In this document: one piece after another, positions 9,469-19,563 of the stretch
How the letters are laid out: every line of letters begins with the position of its first letter
Position numbering within the stretch: position 1 is the first letter of the stretch
NCBI GenBank assembly: GCA_963677925.2
Contig: CAXXYH010000003.1
Coordinates: 1,344,001-1,408,000, forward strand
Reading direction: 5' to 3'
Source: Spirochaetia bacterium
GTDB taxonomy: Bacteria; Spirochaetota; Spirochaetia; UBA9216
DNA: 64,000 bases
The notes under the pieces: model-generated
Database searches by the model: none
What the model was told of the DNA's origin: nothing
What the model saw: the letters and a program-made list of their open reading frames with translations, nothing else
Program-made: the position numbers and the translations under genes

Positions 9469-11421
9469 ATGAAACTCAGAGAAAAGATACTAATTCCAAC
9501 CAGTCTTATTCTGATTCTTGGGATGTCCACCATCTCACTAATTCTGTACACCAATTTTAAAAGTGAAATCAGACGTATTATTGAGAGCGAAATGAATCAG
9601 GTTGCAGATATGCTTCTGCGTGACCTGGATTCATACCATGTCAAATCTAAAAATGATGTATCCATTTTCAGTACAAACACAGTCTTTACGGAATTCACCG
9701 GCAGCAGATCAGATGAATCGCTGGGCCGGGCTGTTTCTGAACTTAAGAAAATTAAAAACGGCAGAGAGGAGTACGAAAGCCTGGGAATTGCAGACACAAG
9801 CGGAATGATTATAGCCTGCGATAACGAGGCGCTCATAAACAAGGTTTCGATCGGTGACAGGGATTATTTTAAACTTTCCATGCAGGGAAAAACGGCTGCA
9901 GGCGCTGTCAGTATGAGCAAGGTTACGGAAAATCCGATCTTCGGCACAGCGACCCCAATCATAAACAACGGGAAGATTACAGCAGTTTTCTTTGCGGTAA
10001 TTGACCAGACATACTTCAATTCCAACTACCTTGATCATATCAAAATAGGCTCAACAGGATATGCCTTTTTAAGCGACGGGGACGGTATAATGATTGGATA
10101 CCCCGATAAAACGCAGCTGCTGAAATTTGATCTGAAAACATATGATTTCGGAAGAGAAATTGTCAGTAATAAGACAGGTATCATACATTATAAATTCAAG
10201 GGAGCAAGTAAGACAAATATTTATAAGGAAAGCGCTGAATCAGGCTGGATAATAGGTGTAACGGCCGAGGATTCAGATATTTTCAGTGTGATAACCAGGC
10301 TTCTGAGGCTCAGTATAATAATAACAGCGGTCTGTTTTGTTATCGGACTTATTGTTATTTTTCTGGTAACACGTTCGATAGTCTCACCGATACGGATTAC
10401 GGCAGGGTATGCAAACCTGCTTTCAGAAGGTGATCTTAAGATTGATTTTGACGAACGAATGCTTAGAAGGAAGGATGAAACAGGAGAGCTGGCCGGCTCC
10501 TTTAATGCGCTGATTAAAAAGCTCAACGAAATAGTGCTGGAAGTAATAGAAGCATCTGAAATTGTATCAAGGGGAAGCTCACAGCTGACCTCTACATCAG
10601 AACAGCTGTCACAGGGAGCCACTGAGCAGGCATCAATATCTGAAGAAGTCTCATCATCAATTGAAGAAATCAGCAGTTCAATTGATCAGAATAAGGATAA
10701 TGCCTATCAGACTGAAAGAATAGGAGCACAGGCCGCCGAAGATGCAGATGCCGGAGGTGCGGCTGTCAACGAAACGGTTGAGGCTATGAGAAATATTGCA
10801 GAAAAAATAAAAGTAATTGATGAAATCGCCAGACAGACCAACCTGCTCTCTCTTAACGCGGCAATAGAAGCCGCCAGAGCAGGAGAGTACGGAAAAGGCT
10901 TTGCAGTTGTAGCCGCCGAGGTGGGAAAACTTGCCGCCAACAGCCAGAAAGCTTCGACAGAGATTTTTGAAATAGCAAATGAAAGCGTTAAGAAGGCTGA
11001 ACATGCAGGGACAGTGATTTCTGAAATGATTCCAAACATAAGAAAGACGGCCGACCTTGTACAGGAAATATCAGCTACCAGCCTCGAGCAGTCAACAGGA
11101 GCTCAGCAGATAAGTACAGTAATAATGCAGCTGGATCAGGTAATTCAGACTAATGCAGCTTCCGCTGAAGAGTCTCTGGCAATGGCCGAAGAACTGTATT
11201 CTCAGGCTGAAAATCTTGGGAAGCTGATATCATTCTTTAAAATCAGAAATAATGCATCAGGGAAGAATTCCGCAGAAGGCGATAAATCACTTAATGATAA
11301 AGCTGCAGGACAGAGGAATAATGAACCAGCGAGACTGGCAGCTCCTGCAAAAAAACCGCCCGTGAAAAAGGTTAATCAGATAACGGAAGATGACGCAGAT
11401 ATGCTTTTCGAAGAATTTTAA
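9469..11421 (+). CDS. Methyl-accepting chemotaxis protein (dCache sensor, HAMP, signalling domain)
   Basis: Two TM helices, [38 protein letters not shown]-terminal pentapeptide LFEEF. Confidence 0.95.
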   Translation: MKLREKILIPTSLILILGMSTISLILYTNFKSEIRRIIESEMNQVADMLLRDLDSYHVKSKNDVSIFSTNTVFTEFTGSRSDESLGRAVSELKKIKNGREEYESLGIADTSGMIIACDNEALINKVSIGDRDYFKLSMQGKTAAGAVSMSKVTENPIFGTATPIINNGKITAVFFAVIDQTYFNSNYLDHIKIGSTGYAFLSDGDGIMIGYPDKTQLLKFDLKTYDFGREIVSNKTGIIHYKFKGASKTNIYKESAESGWIIGVTAEDSDIFSVITRLLRLSIIITAVCFVIGLIVIFLVTRSIVSPIRITAGYANLLSEGDLKIDFDERMLRRKDETGELAGSFNALIKKLNEIVLEVIEASEIVSRGSSQLTSTSEQLSQGATEQASISEEVSSSIEEISSSIDQNKDNAYQTERIGAQAAEDADAGGAAVNETVEAMRNIAEKIKVIDEIARQTNLLSLNAAIEAARAGEYGKGFAVVAAEVGKLAANSQKASTEIFEIANESVKKAEHAGTVISEMIPNIRKTADLVQEISATSLEQSTGAQQISTVIMQLDQVIQTNAASAEESLAMAEELYSQAENLGKLISFFKIRNNASGKNSAEGDKSLNDKAAGQRNNEPARLAAPAKKPPVKKVNQITEDDADMLFEEF

Positions 11422-11605
11422 ATTTCTGATTTCTTTATCTGATATATAAAAATTATATCCTGTGTCGTCTGTCACCAGCCGGTACAGGATATATCATCAA
11501 CCGAATACATTCGATAAAAAGCTTGACAGCAGATCATGCTCATTATATTCTGTGGTACTGACACCTTGCCTGATTCTGAAATTTAACTGAAGCAGGAATA
11601 GTCAA

Positions 11606-12721
11606 ATGACCGAAAGCCTCCCCATAAAAGATATTCTCGATGTTATCGATACCGCTAAAATCTCAAACAGCAGCGGCTGTGTGAATCAGAAAATACTGGA
11701 TCTGTACAATAAAAACTTCGGAGGCGAAAGTTCCATCTATTTCCAGAAGGAAGACAGTGAACATTTCACCGATGTACTGAAAGCCAATATGGATGAGCAG
11801 TATAACAGAGACTATAAAAGCTATTACCACCGTTTTGATCCTCTTGATTTAATGGGTCTGCAGAAACATAATTTAATCGATATTGAATTAGTGGAGAATG
11901 TTGATTATTCAGGATGTGAGCGCAGTGAATATTATTCGGACTTCCTTTCCCCGCAGAAAATACATTATAAGCTGATTGTTTCATTAAAATCCGGAAAGGA
12001 ACTGCTTGGAAAAATTCTGCTTACTAAATCCAAGGAAAGCGGCAATTTCACAGCAGAGGAAATCAGTACTGCAAAAGAAATTACACCCTTTATGATACAG
12101 GCTGTTGAAATGAATAGAATGAAAGCTGAAATTGAAAACAACAACAGCCTTTTACGAATGATTGAAGATAATCTGAACAGCGGACTGATGCTGCTTGATT
12201 CATCCAAAAGGCTTATCCACATGAACAGCAGAGCAATACAGCTCTGCAAACGGCTACGGACAGATTCCTTTGAGATAAAGGGGTTTAACGACATTCATCC
12301 TCAGATAGTCAGGGATTACTCGGATATGCTTGATGAACTGAACGTCAAACATAATCCTGATCTGATTCTGCCCAGAAAGAGAATTTTCAAAAACGGAACC
12401 TCCACTTTTTCTGTCCGCTCGGATTTTATTGAAAATAATGATCTCCAGAAAAGAGGAGATTTTATACTGATCAATTTCAATGAGACTGCAAAGCATTCAG
12501 CAAAGGATAACATCAGTATTTCAGAATCCTACAGGCTGAGCAGCCGTGAAACTGAGGTAGTTAATCAGGTAATCAGAGGCCTGAGCAATTCACAGATCGC
12601 AAAAGAACTGTTTATAAGCGAAGTTACTGTAAAAAAGCACCTTCAGAATATCTTCAACAAGATGGAGGTAAGCAACCGTGCCTCCCTGATTCAGAAGATA
12701 CTGTCCGGACAGAACTCCTGA
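11606..12721 (+). CDS. LuxR-family transcriptional regulator (N-terminal sensor, C-terminal HTH)
   Basis: LSSRETEVVNQVIRGLSNSQIAKELFISEVTVKKHLQNIFNKMEV. Confidence 0.88.
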   Translation: MTESLPIKDILDVIDTAKISNSSGCVNQKILDLYNKNFGGESSIYFQKEDSEHFTDVLKANMDEQYNRDYKSYYHRFDPLDLMGLQKHNLIDIELVENVDYSGCERSEYYSDFLSPQKIHYKLIVSLKSGKELLGKILLTKSKESGNFTAEEISTAKEITPFMIQAVEMNRMKAEIENNNSLLRMIEDNLNSGLMLLDSSKRLIHMNSRAIQLCKRLRTDSFEIKGFNDIHPQIVRDYSDMLDELNVKHNPDLILPRKRIFKNGTSTFSVRSDFIENNDLQKRGDFILINFNETAKHSAKDNISISESYRLSSRETEVVNQVIRGLSNSQIAKELFISEVTVKKHLQNIFNKMEVSNRASLIQKILSGQNS

Positions 12722-12813
12722 AAAATTCTACTTTCGTATAGTACTCAACCTGAATTTTACTATTTAGAATATCCTCATAAGGGCCTTTAAATCTCATTTT
12801 CAGAAGGAATTAT

Positions 12814-13998
12814 ATGGAGACTTCTAAAACAAAGGTAAAGATCGCAATTTTCAGTTTTGCGATTCTCATGATGGGCGTAATGGGAATAGCAAGCGGGCTG
12901 TCGGAAATCGGAAAGCATTTCAGCGGAATCAGCCAGACTTCCATTCAGCTGCTCATAACCCTTCCGTGTATTGTAATAATTATTGTTAATCCGATTATCG
13001 GTAAGCTTCAGGAATATATTTCAATGAAAACACTGGTGCTCTTTGGTATACTGTGTTTTCTGGCCGGAGGAACAATCCCGGCATTCCTGAATTCATTCTC
13101 AACGATTCTAATATTAAGGGCTGTTCTCGGAATCGGAATAGGAACTGTTCAGGTTCTCTCATCAGCTCTTGTTGCGGCCAACTTTGAAGGTGATGAAAGA
13201 TCTTTTGTTATGGGACATCTTTCATCAGCGCAGATGCTCGGCTGTGCCGTTATGGTTTTTGTAAGCGGATACCTTGCAATGGCCGGCTGGAACATAACAT
13301 TTTATGTTCATCTGATTTCAGTAATATCTTTTATCTGTGTTGCAGCATTTCTTCCTGCAACCAAACCCATTAAATCCGGTGCAGCCGCATCGGCAGAAAA
13401 ACCAAAACTTACATCTGCGGCAATCGGCTGGGCAGTAACCATGATGATCTTTTTCATAGGCGGAATGATACTTGCAACCTACATGGCCTTCTTCATAACT
13501 GCCCACGAACTTGGAACTGCAGCACAGGCCGGCCAGGCAACAATGATATTTGCTGTTGGCGGTTTTCTCATGGGTTTATTTTACGGAAAGATAGCGCAGT
13601 CGGCAAAGAATGCCTCACTTGCTATAGGCCTTTTCATGGGTACGGCAGCCTTCCTTATCATTGCTTTCTCACCGAACATTATCCTGGTATACATCGGAAG
13701 CCTCTTATACGGCTGTTCAATCACAACGGTATTCGCAAGCGTAATGGTGGGCACATCAACTTCAGTCAGTCCGGTGGCTGTACCGCTGGCAATGTCAATT
13801 GTCGTGATGGGCCAGAACCTCGGTTCATTCCTCTGCCCCTATGTCATAACTCCTGTATCCGCGCTGATGAGCGAAGATGTGAATAAGTTTGCCTTTATAA
13901 GCGGAGCTATATTATTCGCAATCATGGGGCTTGCGGCACTTGCATGGGGTGTATCAAAAAATCTGAAAACCGGAAAAAGTCCGGCAGCAGCACAGTAA
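12814..13998 (+). CDS. MFS transporter
   Basis: About 12 hydrophobic segments, MFS-type loop motif, RAVLGIGIG. Confidence 0.88.
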   Translation: METSKTKVKIAIFSFAILMMGVMGIASGLSEIGKHFSGISQTSIQLLITLPCIVIIIVNPIIGKLQEYISMKTLVLFGILCFLAGGTIPAFLNSFSTILILRAVLGIGIGTVQVLSSALVAANFEGDERSFVMGHLSSAQMLGCAVMVFVSGYLAMAGWNITFYVHLISVISFICVAAFLPATKPIKSGAAASAEKPKLTSAAIGWAVTMMIFFIGGMILATYMAFFITAHELGTAAQAGQATMIFAVGGFLMGLFYGKIAQSAKNASLAIGLFMGTAAFLIIAFSPNIILVYIGSLLYGCSITTVFASVMVGTSTSVSPVAVPLAMSIVVMGQNLGSFLCPYVITPVSALMSEDVNKFAFISGAILFAIMGLAALAWGVSKNLKTGKSPAAAQ

Positions 13999-14010
13999 AG
14001 GAGAAACTCA

Positions 14011-15108
14011 ATGGATATTAAAGCAGCAGTTACCTATGAAGCAGGCAGCGACTTTGTTATTGAAACTGTTCAGATGGAAAACCCGGGTGATTATGAAGTA
14101 CTTGTAAAAATAAAAACAACCGGAATCTGTCATACAGATTTATCGGCAAGAAACCAGTATATTCCCTATCCCCTGCCCGGAGTGCTTGGACATGAGGGAG
14201 CCGGTATAGTTGAGAAGATCGGACCAAAGGTATCCAAGGTAAAACCCGGTGATCATGTAGCACTTGCATGGTTAAGCTGCGGAGTATGTGAAGCCTGCAA
14301 ATCAGGCAGGGACCCGTACTGCAGTGACTTTCTTAGGCTGAATTTCGGAGGCGTCAGAACAGACGGCTCAACATACCTCAGTAAAAACGGAAAAACCATA
14401 CATGGAAATTTTTTCGGACAGTCATCCTTCGCCAGCCATGCCCTGGCTCTTGAAAAGAATGTGGTCAAAGTTCCTAATGACGTACCTCTTGAAATCATGG
14501 GCCCTCTTGGATGCGGTGTGATGACCGGCGCAGGAGCGGTAATGAATGCACTTAAACCCTCTCCCGGCGACTCAATTGCGGTATTCGGGACCGGAACCGT
14601 GGGAATGAGTGCAATAATGGCTGCTAAAGTGATGGGATGCACAACAATCATAGCTGTTGATATAAAACCGGGAAGACTGGAGCTTGCAAAAGAATTCGGA
14701 GCAACCCATACCGTTAACCCTGCAGAAACAGACCCTGTGCAGGAGATTATCAGAATCACAGACGGCGGACCGAATTTCAGTCTTGAATGTATCGGTAATC
14801 CGGCTGTTTTCAGACAGACAACAGATGTGCTTCCCCTGCTTGGAGTTGCAGGACTTGTAGGCGTTGTTGCCCCGGGAACCGAAGTCAATCTGAACATGGA
14901 TCTGATAATGAACGGCAGAACCGTGAAAGGAATCATCGAAGGTGATGCTGTACCCGATCTTTTCATTCCGAGACTGATAGAACTCAACAGACAGGGAAAT
15001 TTCCCCTATGACAAGCTGATAAAATTCTACCCCTTTGAGGAAATAAACAAGGCGGTTGAAGATATGGAAAAGGGATTAGTTATAAAACCGGTCCTCGTGC
15101 AGAAATAA
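14011..15108 (+). CDS. Zn-dependent NAD(P) alcohol dehydrogenase, aryl/benzyl-alcohol dehydrogenase-like
   Basis: GICHTD, GHEGAG, structural Zn Cys cluster, FFGQSSFA, PLGCGVMTGAGAV. Confidence 0.88.
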   Translation: MDIKAAVTYEAGSDFVIETVQMENPGDYEVLVKIKTTGICHTDLSARNQYIPYPLPGVLGHEGAGIVEKIGPKVSKVKPGDHVALAWLSCGVCEACKSGRDPYCSDFLRLNFGGVRTDGSTYLSKNGKTIHGNFFGQSSFASHALALEKNVVKVPNDVPLEIMGPLGCGVMTGAGAVMNALKPSPGDSIAVFGTGTVGMSAIMAAKVMGCTTIIAVDIKPGRLELAKEFGATHTVNPAETDPVQEIIRITDGGPNFSLECIGNPAVFRQTTDVLPLLGVAGLVGVVAPGTEVNLNMDLIMNGRTVKGIIEGDAVPDLFIPRLIELNRQGNFPYDKLIKFYPFEEINKAVEDMEKGLVIKPVLVQK

Positions 15109-15129
15109 AAAGATTCTACGGAGAAAAAA

Positions 15130-16569
15130 ATGAACACTTATAAACTTTATATCAACGGTAAATGGGAAGATGCGGCTTCAGGACAGACATTCGATGATTT
15201 CAATCCGTACACTGGCGAACTGTATGCAAAGGTGCCGAAAAGTGATAAGGAAGATGCTGACAGGGCACTTGGTGCAGCTTATTCAGCACGAAAAGTATGG
15301 GAATCAACCCCGCCTGCTAAACGTGCGGAAGTTCTATTCAAGGCCGCCGGAATCCTATCTGAAAGTATGATGGATTTTGCTGCGGTTCTGACCGAAGAGG
15401 GCGGCGGAACCTTCGGCAAGAGTATGTTTGAAATTTCACAGACTATCGATCTGCTTTATACTGCAGGCGGCGACTGCAAAAACATACTTGGTGAAACCTT
15501 CCATTCAAATCCCGGAAAACTTTCCTATTCTATTCTCAGCCCCAAGGGAACAGTAGTCGCAATTTCTCCATGGAATTTTCCCTTAATCCTTTCAATGTAC
15601 AAAATCGCCTATTCCCTGGCAACCGGCAATACTGTGGTATTCAAGCCTGCAAGTGAAACACCTGTGCTTGGTCTAAAAATCGGTGAAATATTCGAAAAAG
15701 CCGGCTTACCCGACGGTGTACTTAATATTCTTACCGGCCCCGGCAGTGTACTTGGTGATGCGCTGATAGAGGACAGCCGAAGTTCTTTTATCACGATCAC
15801 AGGAGAAACAAATACAGGGCGTCACGTTGCAATGAAGGCCGCGGAAAACCTTAAAGGCTGCACCCTGGAACTGGGCGGCAAGAATCCTCTAATCATACTT
15901 AAGGATACTGATATCGATTATGCTGTGAACACAGCTGCCTTCGGTACCTTCATGCACCAGGGACAGATATGCATGTGTGTGGGACGGATCATCGTAGAGA
16001 AGGATATAGTTGAGGAATTCACCGCAAGGCTTGCCAAAAAGGCTGCAGCAATTCCATATGGAGATCCGAAAGCGCAGCAGACGGTTGTCGGTCCGCTTAT
16101 AAATGACAAAGCTGTGCAGAAAGTTGATCGGCTGGTTAAAGATGCGGTGGCAAAGGGAGCAAAACTCCTTTGCGGCGGTAAATTTGAAGGCAGAGTCTAT
16201 CAGCCTACAGTCCTTGGAGGAGTAACGAAGGATATGGATATTTTCAATGAAGAAACCTTCGGCCCCGTTGCATCTATAATTGAGGTCGGGAATGAAAAAG
16301 AAGCACTTAAGGTAGCCAATGACACAACCTACGGATTATCATCGGCAGTGCTGACAAAAGATATTCAGAAAGCTTTGTATCTGTCTGAAGGCCTCGAAGC
16401 CGGAATGGTTCATGTAGGTGCGTCTTCAGTCGATGCCGATGCAACCTGTCCGTTCGGCGGATGCAAATGGAGCGGTCAGGGCCGTGAAGGCGGCAGATAT
16501 TCACTTGAAGAACTGTCGGATGTAAAATGGGTCACGATAGAGAAAACGGATATGCAGTTTCCTTTCTAA
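15130..16569 (+). CDS. Aldehyde dehydrogenase, benzaldehyde/vanillin dehydrogenase-like
   Basis: ISPWNFP, LELGGKNP, HQGQICM catalytic Cys, EETFGPV. Confidence 0.9.
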   Translation: MNTYKLYINGKWEDAASGQTFDDFNPYTGELYAKVPKSDKEDADRALGAAYSARKVWESTPPAKRAEVLFKAAGILSESMMDFAAVLTEEGGGTFGKSMFEISQTIDLLYTAGGDCKNILGETFHSNPGKLSYSILSPKGTVVAISPWNFPLILSMYKIAYSLATGNTVVFKPASETPVLGLKIGEIFEKAGLPDGVLNILTGPGSVLGDALIEDSRSSFITITGETNTGRHVAMKAAENLKGCTLELGGKNPLIILKDTDIDYAVNTAAFGTFMHQGQICMCVGRIIVEKDIVEEFTARLAKKAAAIPYGDPKAQQTVVGPLINDKAVQKVDRLVKDAVAKGAKLLCGGKFEGRVYQPTVLGGVTKDMDIFNEETFGPVASIIEVGNEKEALKVANDTTYGLSSAVLTKDIQKALYLSEGLEAGMVHVGASSVDADATCPFGGCKWSGQGREGGRYSLEELSDVKWVTIEKTDMQFPF

Positions 16570-16591
16570 GCAATATTCCCTGTTTCCCGTT

Positions 16592-16621
16592 CAGGCAGTC
16601 TTTAGAGGCTGCCTGTTTTTT
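16592..16621 (+). terminator. Intrinsic terminator after the aldehyde dehydrogenase
   Basis: CAGGCAGTC-tttaga-GGCTGCCTG followed by TTTTTT. Confidence 0.8.
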
Positions 16622-16627
16622 ATATCC

Positions 16628-18421
16628 TCAGTTCTTTTCTACCCTGTTTCGGCCCTTCCGCTTGGCGGAATAAAGGGCCGTATCTGCGATATGGAGGATG
16701 TCATACCACTTCATTTCAGATGAGGGAACGGCAGTTGTGATACCGGCGCTTACCGTGACGGATTCCGAACATTCAGAATCTATATGTTCTATTCCGAGAT
16801 CTTCTATGTTCTCACGCAGCCGTTCGGCAATGCGCTCAAGCTCTGCTATTTCACAGTTCGGTATTACTGCAACAAATTCCTCTCCGCCGTAACGGGCAAT
16901 AAGGTCGCCGCGGCGGTTGAGAGAATCACTTAGAGCAGAAGCTACGGCCTTTAGGCATTCGTCTCCTGCCATGTGTCCGTAACGGTCGTTATACAGCTTG
17001 AAATAATCTATATCGATCATCATCATCCCGAAAGAAACCTCTGTAAGTCTGTTGCGGTCCCACAGTTTCTGCATATATTCATTCAAGTATCTGCGGTTCG
17101 CAAGCTCTGTCAGCGGATCTACATATGACAGGTCGTATAGTTTTTCAGTCTCTTTTTCCATGGCAAGAAAGGCATCACTTAACTTGTTGATTTTTGTATA
17201 AGCAGACGAGGTATTATAAGCCTGCAGAAATGTCTGATAGATTGTAAAAATCAGAAACATTATATGCGGACTGTTAGGCGGAACGATCAGCTGATTATCA
17301 AGCATCCCAAGAATAGTGGCTGTAACAAGCATCAGGTATCCAAACAGATAAGCAATAGACAGAAAATCAAGCTTCTGTACAGAGCGGGTAACAATGGCAA
17401 ATATCGTGTAAAGAATAACAATAATACTGAAAGCTTCAAGCGGCACCAGCAGCCTGGTGAAGAATTGAGGTTTTGTAAAAAGTATAGGCAGCCATCCGAC
17501 AGCGGAAACGCCTATCACGATGAGTAAAACTTTCCGGAAAAACATAACCGGAAAGGAAAAATACAGATAGCAGAAAAACATCGGAATGGATAAGACCAGC
17601 GCCGAATAAATGAATCTGGTACGGGTATTGGAGCTGAAGTTTTCGAATATGCTCTTGAAAAGCAGCTCATCCTTACAGCCGATAAACAGGGCTATCAGAA
17701 TAAAGACTATTCCGAGAAAGAGATAAGGCAGCCTCAGATGCTGACTTGAATTCATCAGAAAAATTGCAAGGTGATAAATACCGATTATTATTACGGCTCC
17801 GAATATCACGGCATCAAGGGCAAGATGCTTTTCCCTGTACTTGTTAAGAGTATAAAAATTTCCGAAAAATATATCCCGGTTCAGACCGCCGTATATATCA
17901 GTCCAGCTTGAGACGTTAAAAACAAGGTCGATTGTATCTCCAGTTTCGGGGAGGGGAATCATGGCAGGAAGCGATTCTCCTTCAAAACTTTCAGGATCGG
18001 TGGAAGGCCTTCCCGCAGAGAAAACTTCCTTGCCGTTCACAAAAACTGTATAACTCTGCAGAACATTTGAAAGCTTGAGACAGAGATTTGCGGGGCTGTT
18101 ATCGGGAAGAAGAAGCCTTACAGAGTAAACTCCGGTGCCTCTTACATGAGGATTCCAGTAACCGGGAACATTGATAAACTCATCAGCGTTCTCGGGCGCA
18201 TAGCTAGAGAAATTTTCTGTACTGCAGAACTCTTCCCAGAAGAAGGCCCAGCTTCCTTCCAGCTCAATTATAGTTGATTCAAGCTCTGTTTCGGTTCTCA
18301 GGTCTATTATGCCGTTTTGAGCCGTATGTTTATGAACATGAGGTACACATGAGCCCAGTAAAAGCAGCATTAACAGTGACGGGAAAACTGCCAGAAGCCC
18401 CTTATTTACGAAGTTTTTCAT
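16628..18421 (-). CDS. Diguanylate cyclase with 7TM-DISM-type sensor region
   Basis: LEGSWAFFW and VPGYWN extracellular domain, about 7 TM segments, DPLTELANRR, DIDYFKLYND, RRGD I-site, RYGGEEF. Confidence 0.9.
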   Translation of the reverse strand: MKNFVNKGLLAVFPSLLMLLLLGSCVPHVHKHTAQNGIIDLRTETELESTIIELEGSWAFFWEEFCSTENFSSYAPENADEFINVPGYWNPHVRGTGVYSVRLLLPDNSPANLCLKLSNVLQSYTVFVNGKEVFSAGRPSTDPESFEGESLPAMIPLPETGDTIDLVFNVSSWTDIYGGLNRDIFFGNFYTLNKYREKHLALDAVIFGAVIIIGIYHLAIFLMNSSQHLRLPYLFLGIVFILIALFIGCKDELLFKSIFENFSSNTRTRFIYSALVLSIPMFFCYLYFSFPVMFFRKVLLIVIGVSAVGWLPILFTKPQFFTRLLVPLEAFSIIVILYTIFAIVTRSVQKLDFLSIAYLFGYLMLVTATILGMLDNQLIVPPNSPHIMFLIFTIYQTFLQAYNTSSAYTKINKLSDAFLAMEKETEKLYDLSYVDPLTELANRRYLNEYMQKLWDRNRLTEVSFGMMMIDIDYFKLYNDRYGHMAGDECLKAVASALSDSLNRRGDLIARYGGEEFVAVIPNCEIAELERIAERLRENIEDLGIEHIDSECSESVTVSAGITTAVPSSEMKWYDILHIADTALYSAKRKGRNRVEKN

Positions 18422-18464
18422 CCCTAAGATCGATATTAGCAGAATATTGTTTAATCTGCAATTA

Positions 18465-19235
18465 TTACCTTACTGCTAATACTAACATTCGCTGTGCTTT
18501 ATGGTCATAGGGTCTTCCGTCAAGCGCCCCGAAAAACCTGACTTCTGAAAAACCGGCTTCCGCCAGCAGAAGAGCCATTTCCTTTGCCGAATACAGACGG
18601 TGCCTGAATATTATTTCATTGAGTTCCGATGGCTGCTCATGTGAATCGGAAACAAAGAGCCAGCGGTTTTCAATATGAGTCCAGCCGTCGGTTATACGGT
18701 ACTGAAGCATGATATGATAGCCGTCACGCTGAAACCATTCAGAGTTTTTAAAATGAAGGGCGGTTGTCTCTTTTCCGATGGTATCTATAAGAAACTGACC
18801 GCCGGAAACCAGCGATTCACAGACGTTCCTGCACATCAGAAGGTCATCCTCTTCATCATCAAAGTAACCGAAGGATGTGAAGAAATTGAGTGCGAAATCG
18901 TAGCTTTCCGGCTTTTTGAAGGTACGGACATCCTGCTCAACGTATTCAACCTCAAGTCCTGCTTTTTCTGCTGCGGCCCGTGCCCGTTTCAGATAGGGTT
19001 TTGTGATATCAACCCCGGTTACTGAATGCCCTCTTTCGGCAAATGCCAGGTCATGCCGTCCTTCGCCGCAGCAGAGATCAAGTATTCTGCTCCCGGATTT
19101 AAGCCCGGCTAAAGCGGCAATGCCGTCGGCTTCCTCCTCTGTATCAGCCATCCTGTCGGGATCAAACATCAGAGGGCGGTATCTTTCCCAGAATTCTTCG
19201 GTCTCAAACCAGTCTTCACGTAAATCTATAAACAC
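18465..19235 (-). CDS. Class I SAM-dependent methyltransferase
   Basis: ILDLCCGEGRH, VTGVD, FTSFGYF. Confidence 0.9.
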   Translation of the reverse strand: MFIDLREDWFETEEFWERYRPLMFDPDRMADTEEEADGIAALAGLKSGSRILDLCCGEGRHDLAFAERGHSVTGVDITKPYLKRARAAAEKAGLEVEYVEQDVRTFKKPESYDFALNFFTSFGYFDDEEDDLLMCRNVCESLVSGGQFLIDTIGKETTALHFKNSEWFQRDGYHIMLQYRITDGWTHIENRWLFVSDSHEQPSELNEIIFRHRLYSAKEMALLLAEAGFSEVRFFGALDGRPYDHKAQRMLVLAVR

Positions 19236-19287
19236 ATGAAGCCTCCTTCACTTGATCTATAAGCCTATTCATGATACTCAGTGAACT

Positions 19288-19563
19288 ATGGATTTACAAC
19301 AGCAAAAGCAGGAAATTCTTTTTCCTGTATCGTTTCAGCTGAAGATAATCTGCATGGCTCATGACTGCGATAAATCAGCTTTCGACAGGTTCGGAAAAGT
19401 TCTGGACAAGTATTCAATTCCTCACAGCGGATGGAACAGCAAACCAAGCAGCGGAGGAAAGTATTCCAGCTATCGAGTTGATGTAACACTCGGCGATAAG
19501 CAAACAATGCAGAAGATGTATGCTGAACTGCAGTCGCTTGACGGGGTTAAATGCGTGATCTAA
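19288..19563 (+). CDS. DUF493/YbeD-family protein
   Basis: FPVSFQLKII, SSGGKYSSY, C-terminal GVKCVI. Confidence 0.8.
   Translation: MDLQQQKQEILFPVSFQLKIICMAHDCDKSAFDRFGKVLDKYSIPHSGWNSKPSSGGKYSSYRVDVTLGDKQTMQKMYAELQSLDGVKCVI

Noticed and set aside
14253-14987. 244-aa antisense ORF
   Set aside because: Shadow of the alcohol dehydrogenase on the opposite strand, with the Ser/Pro/Thr-rich composition typical of antisense frames.
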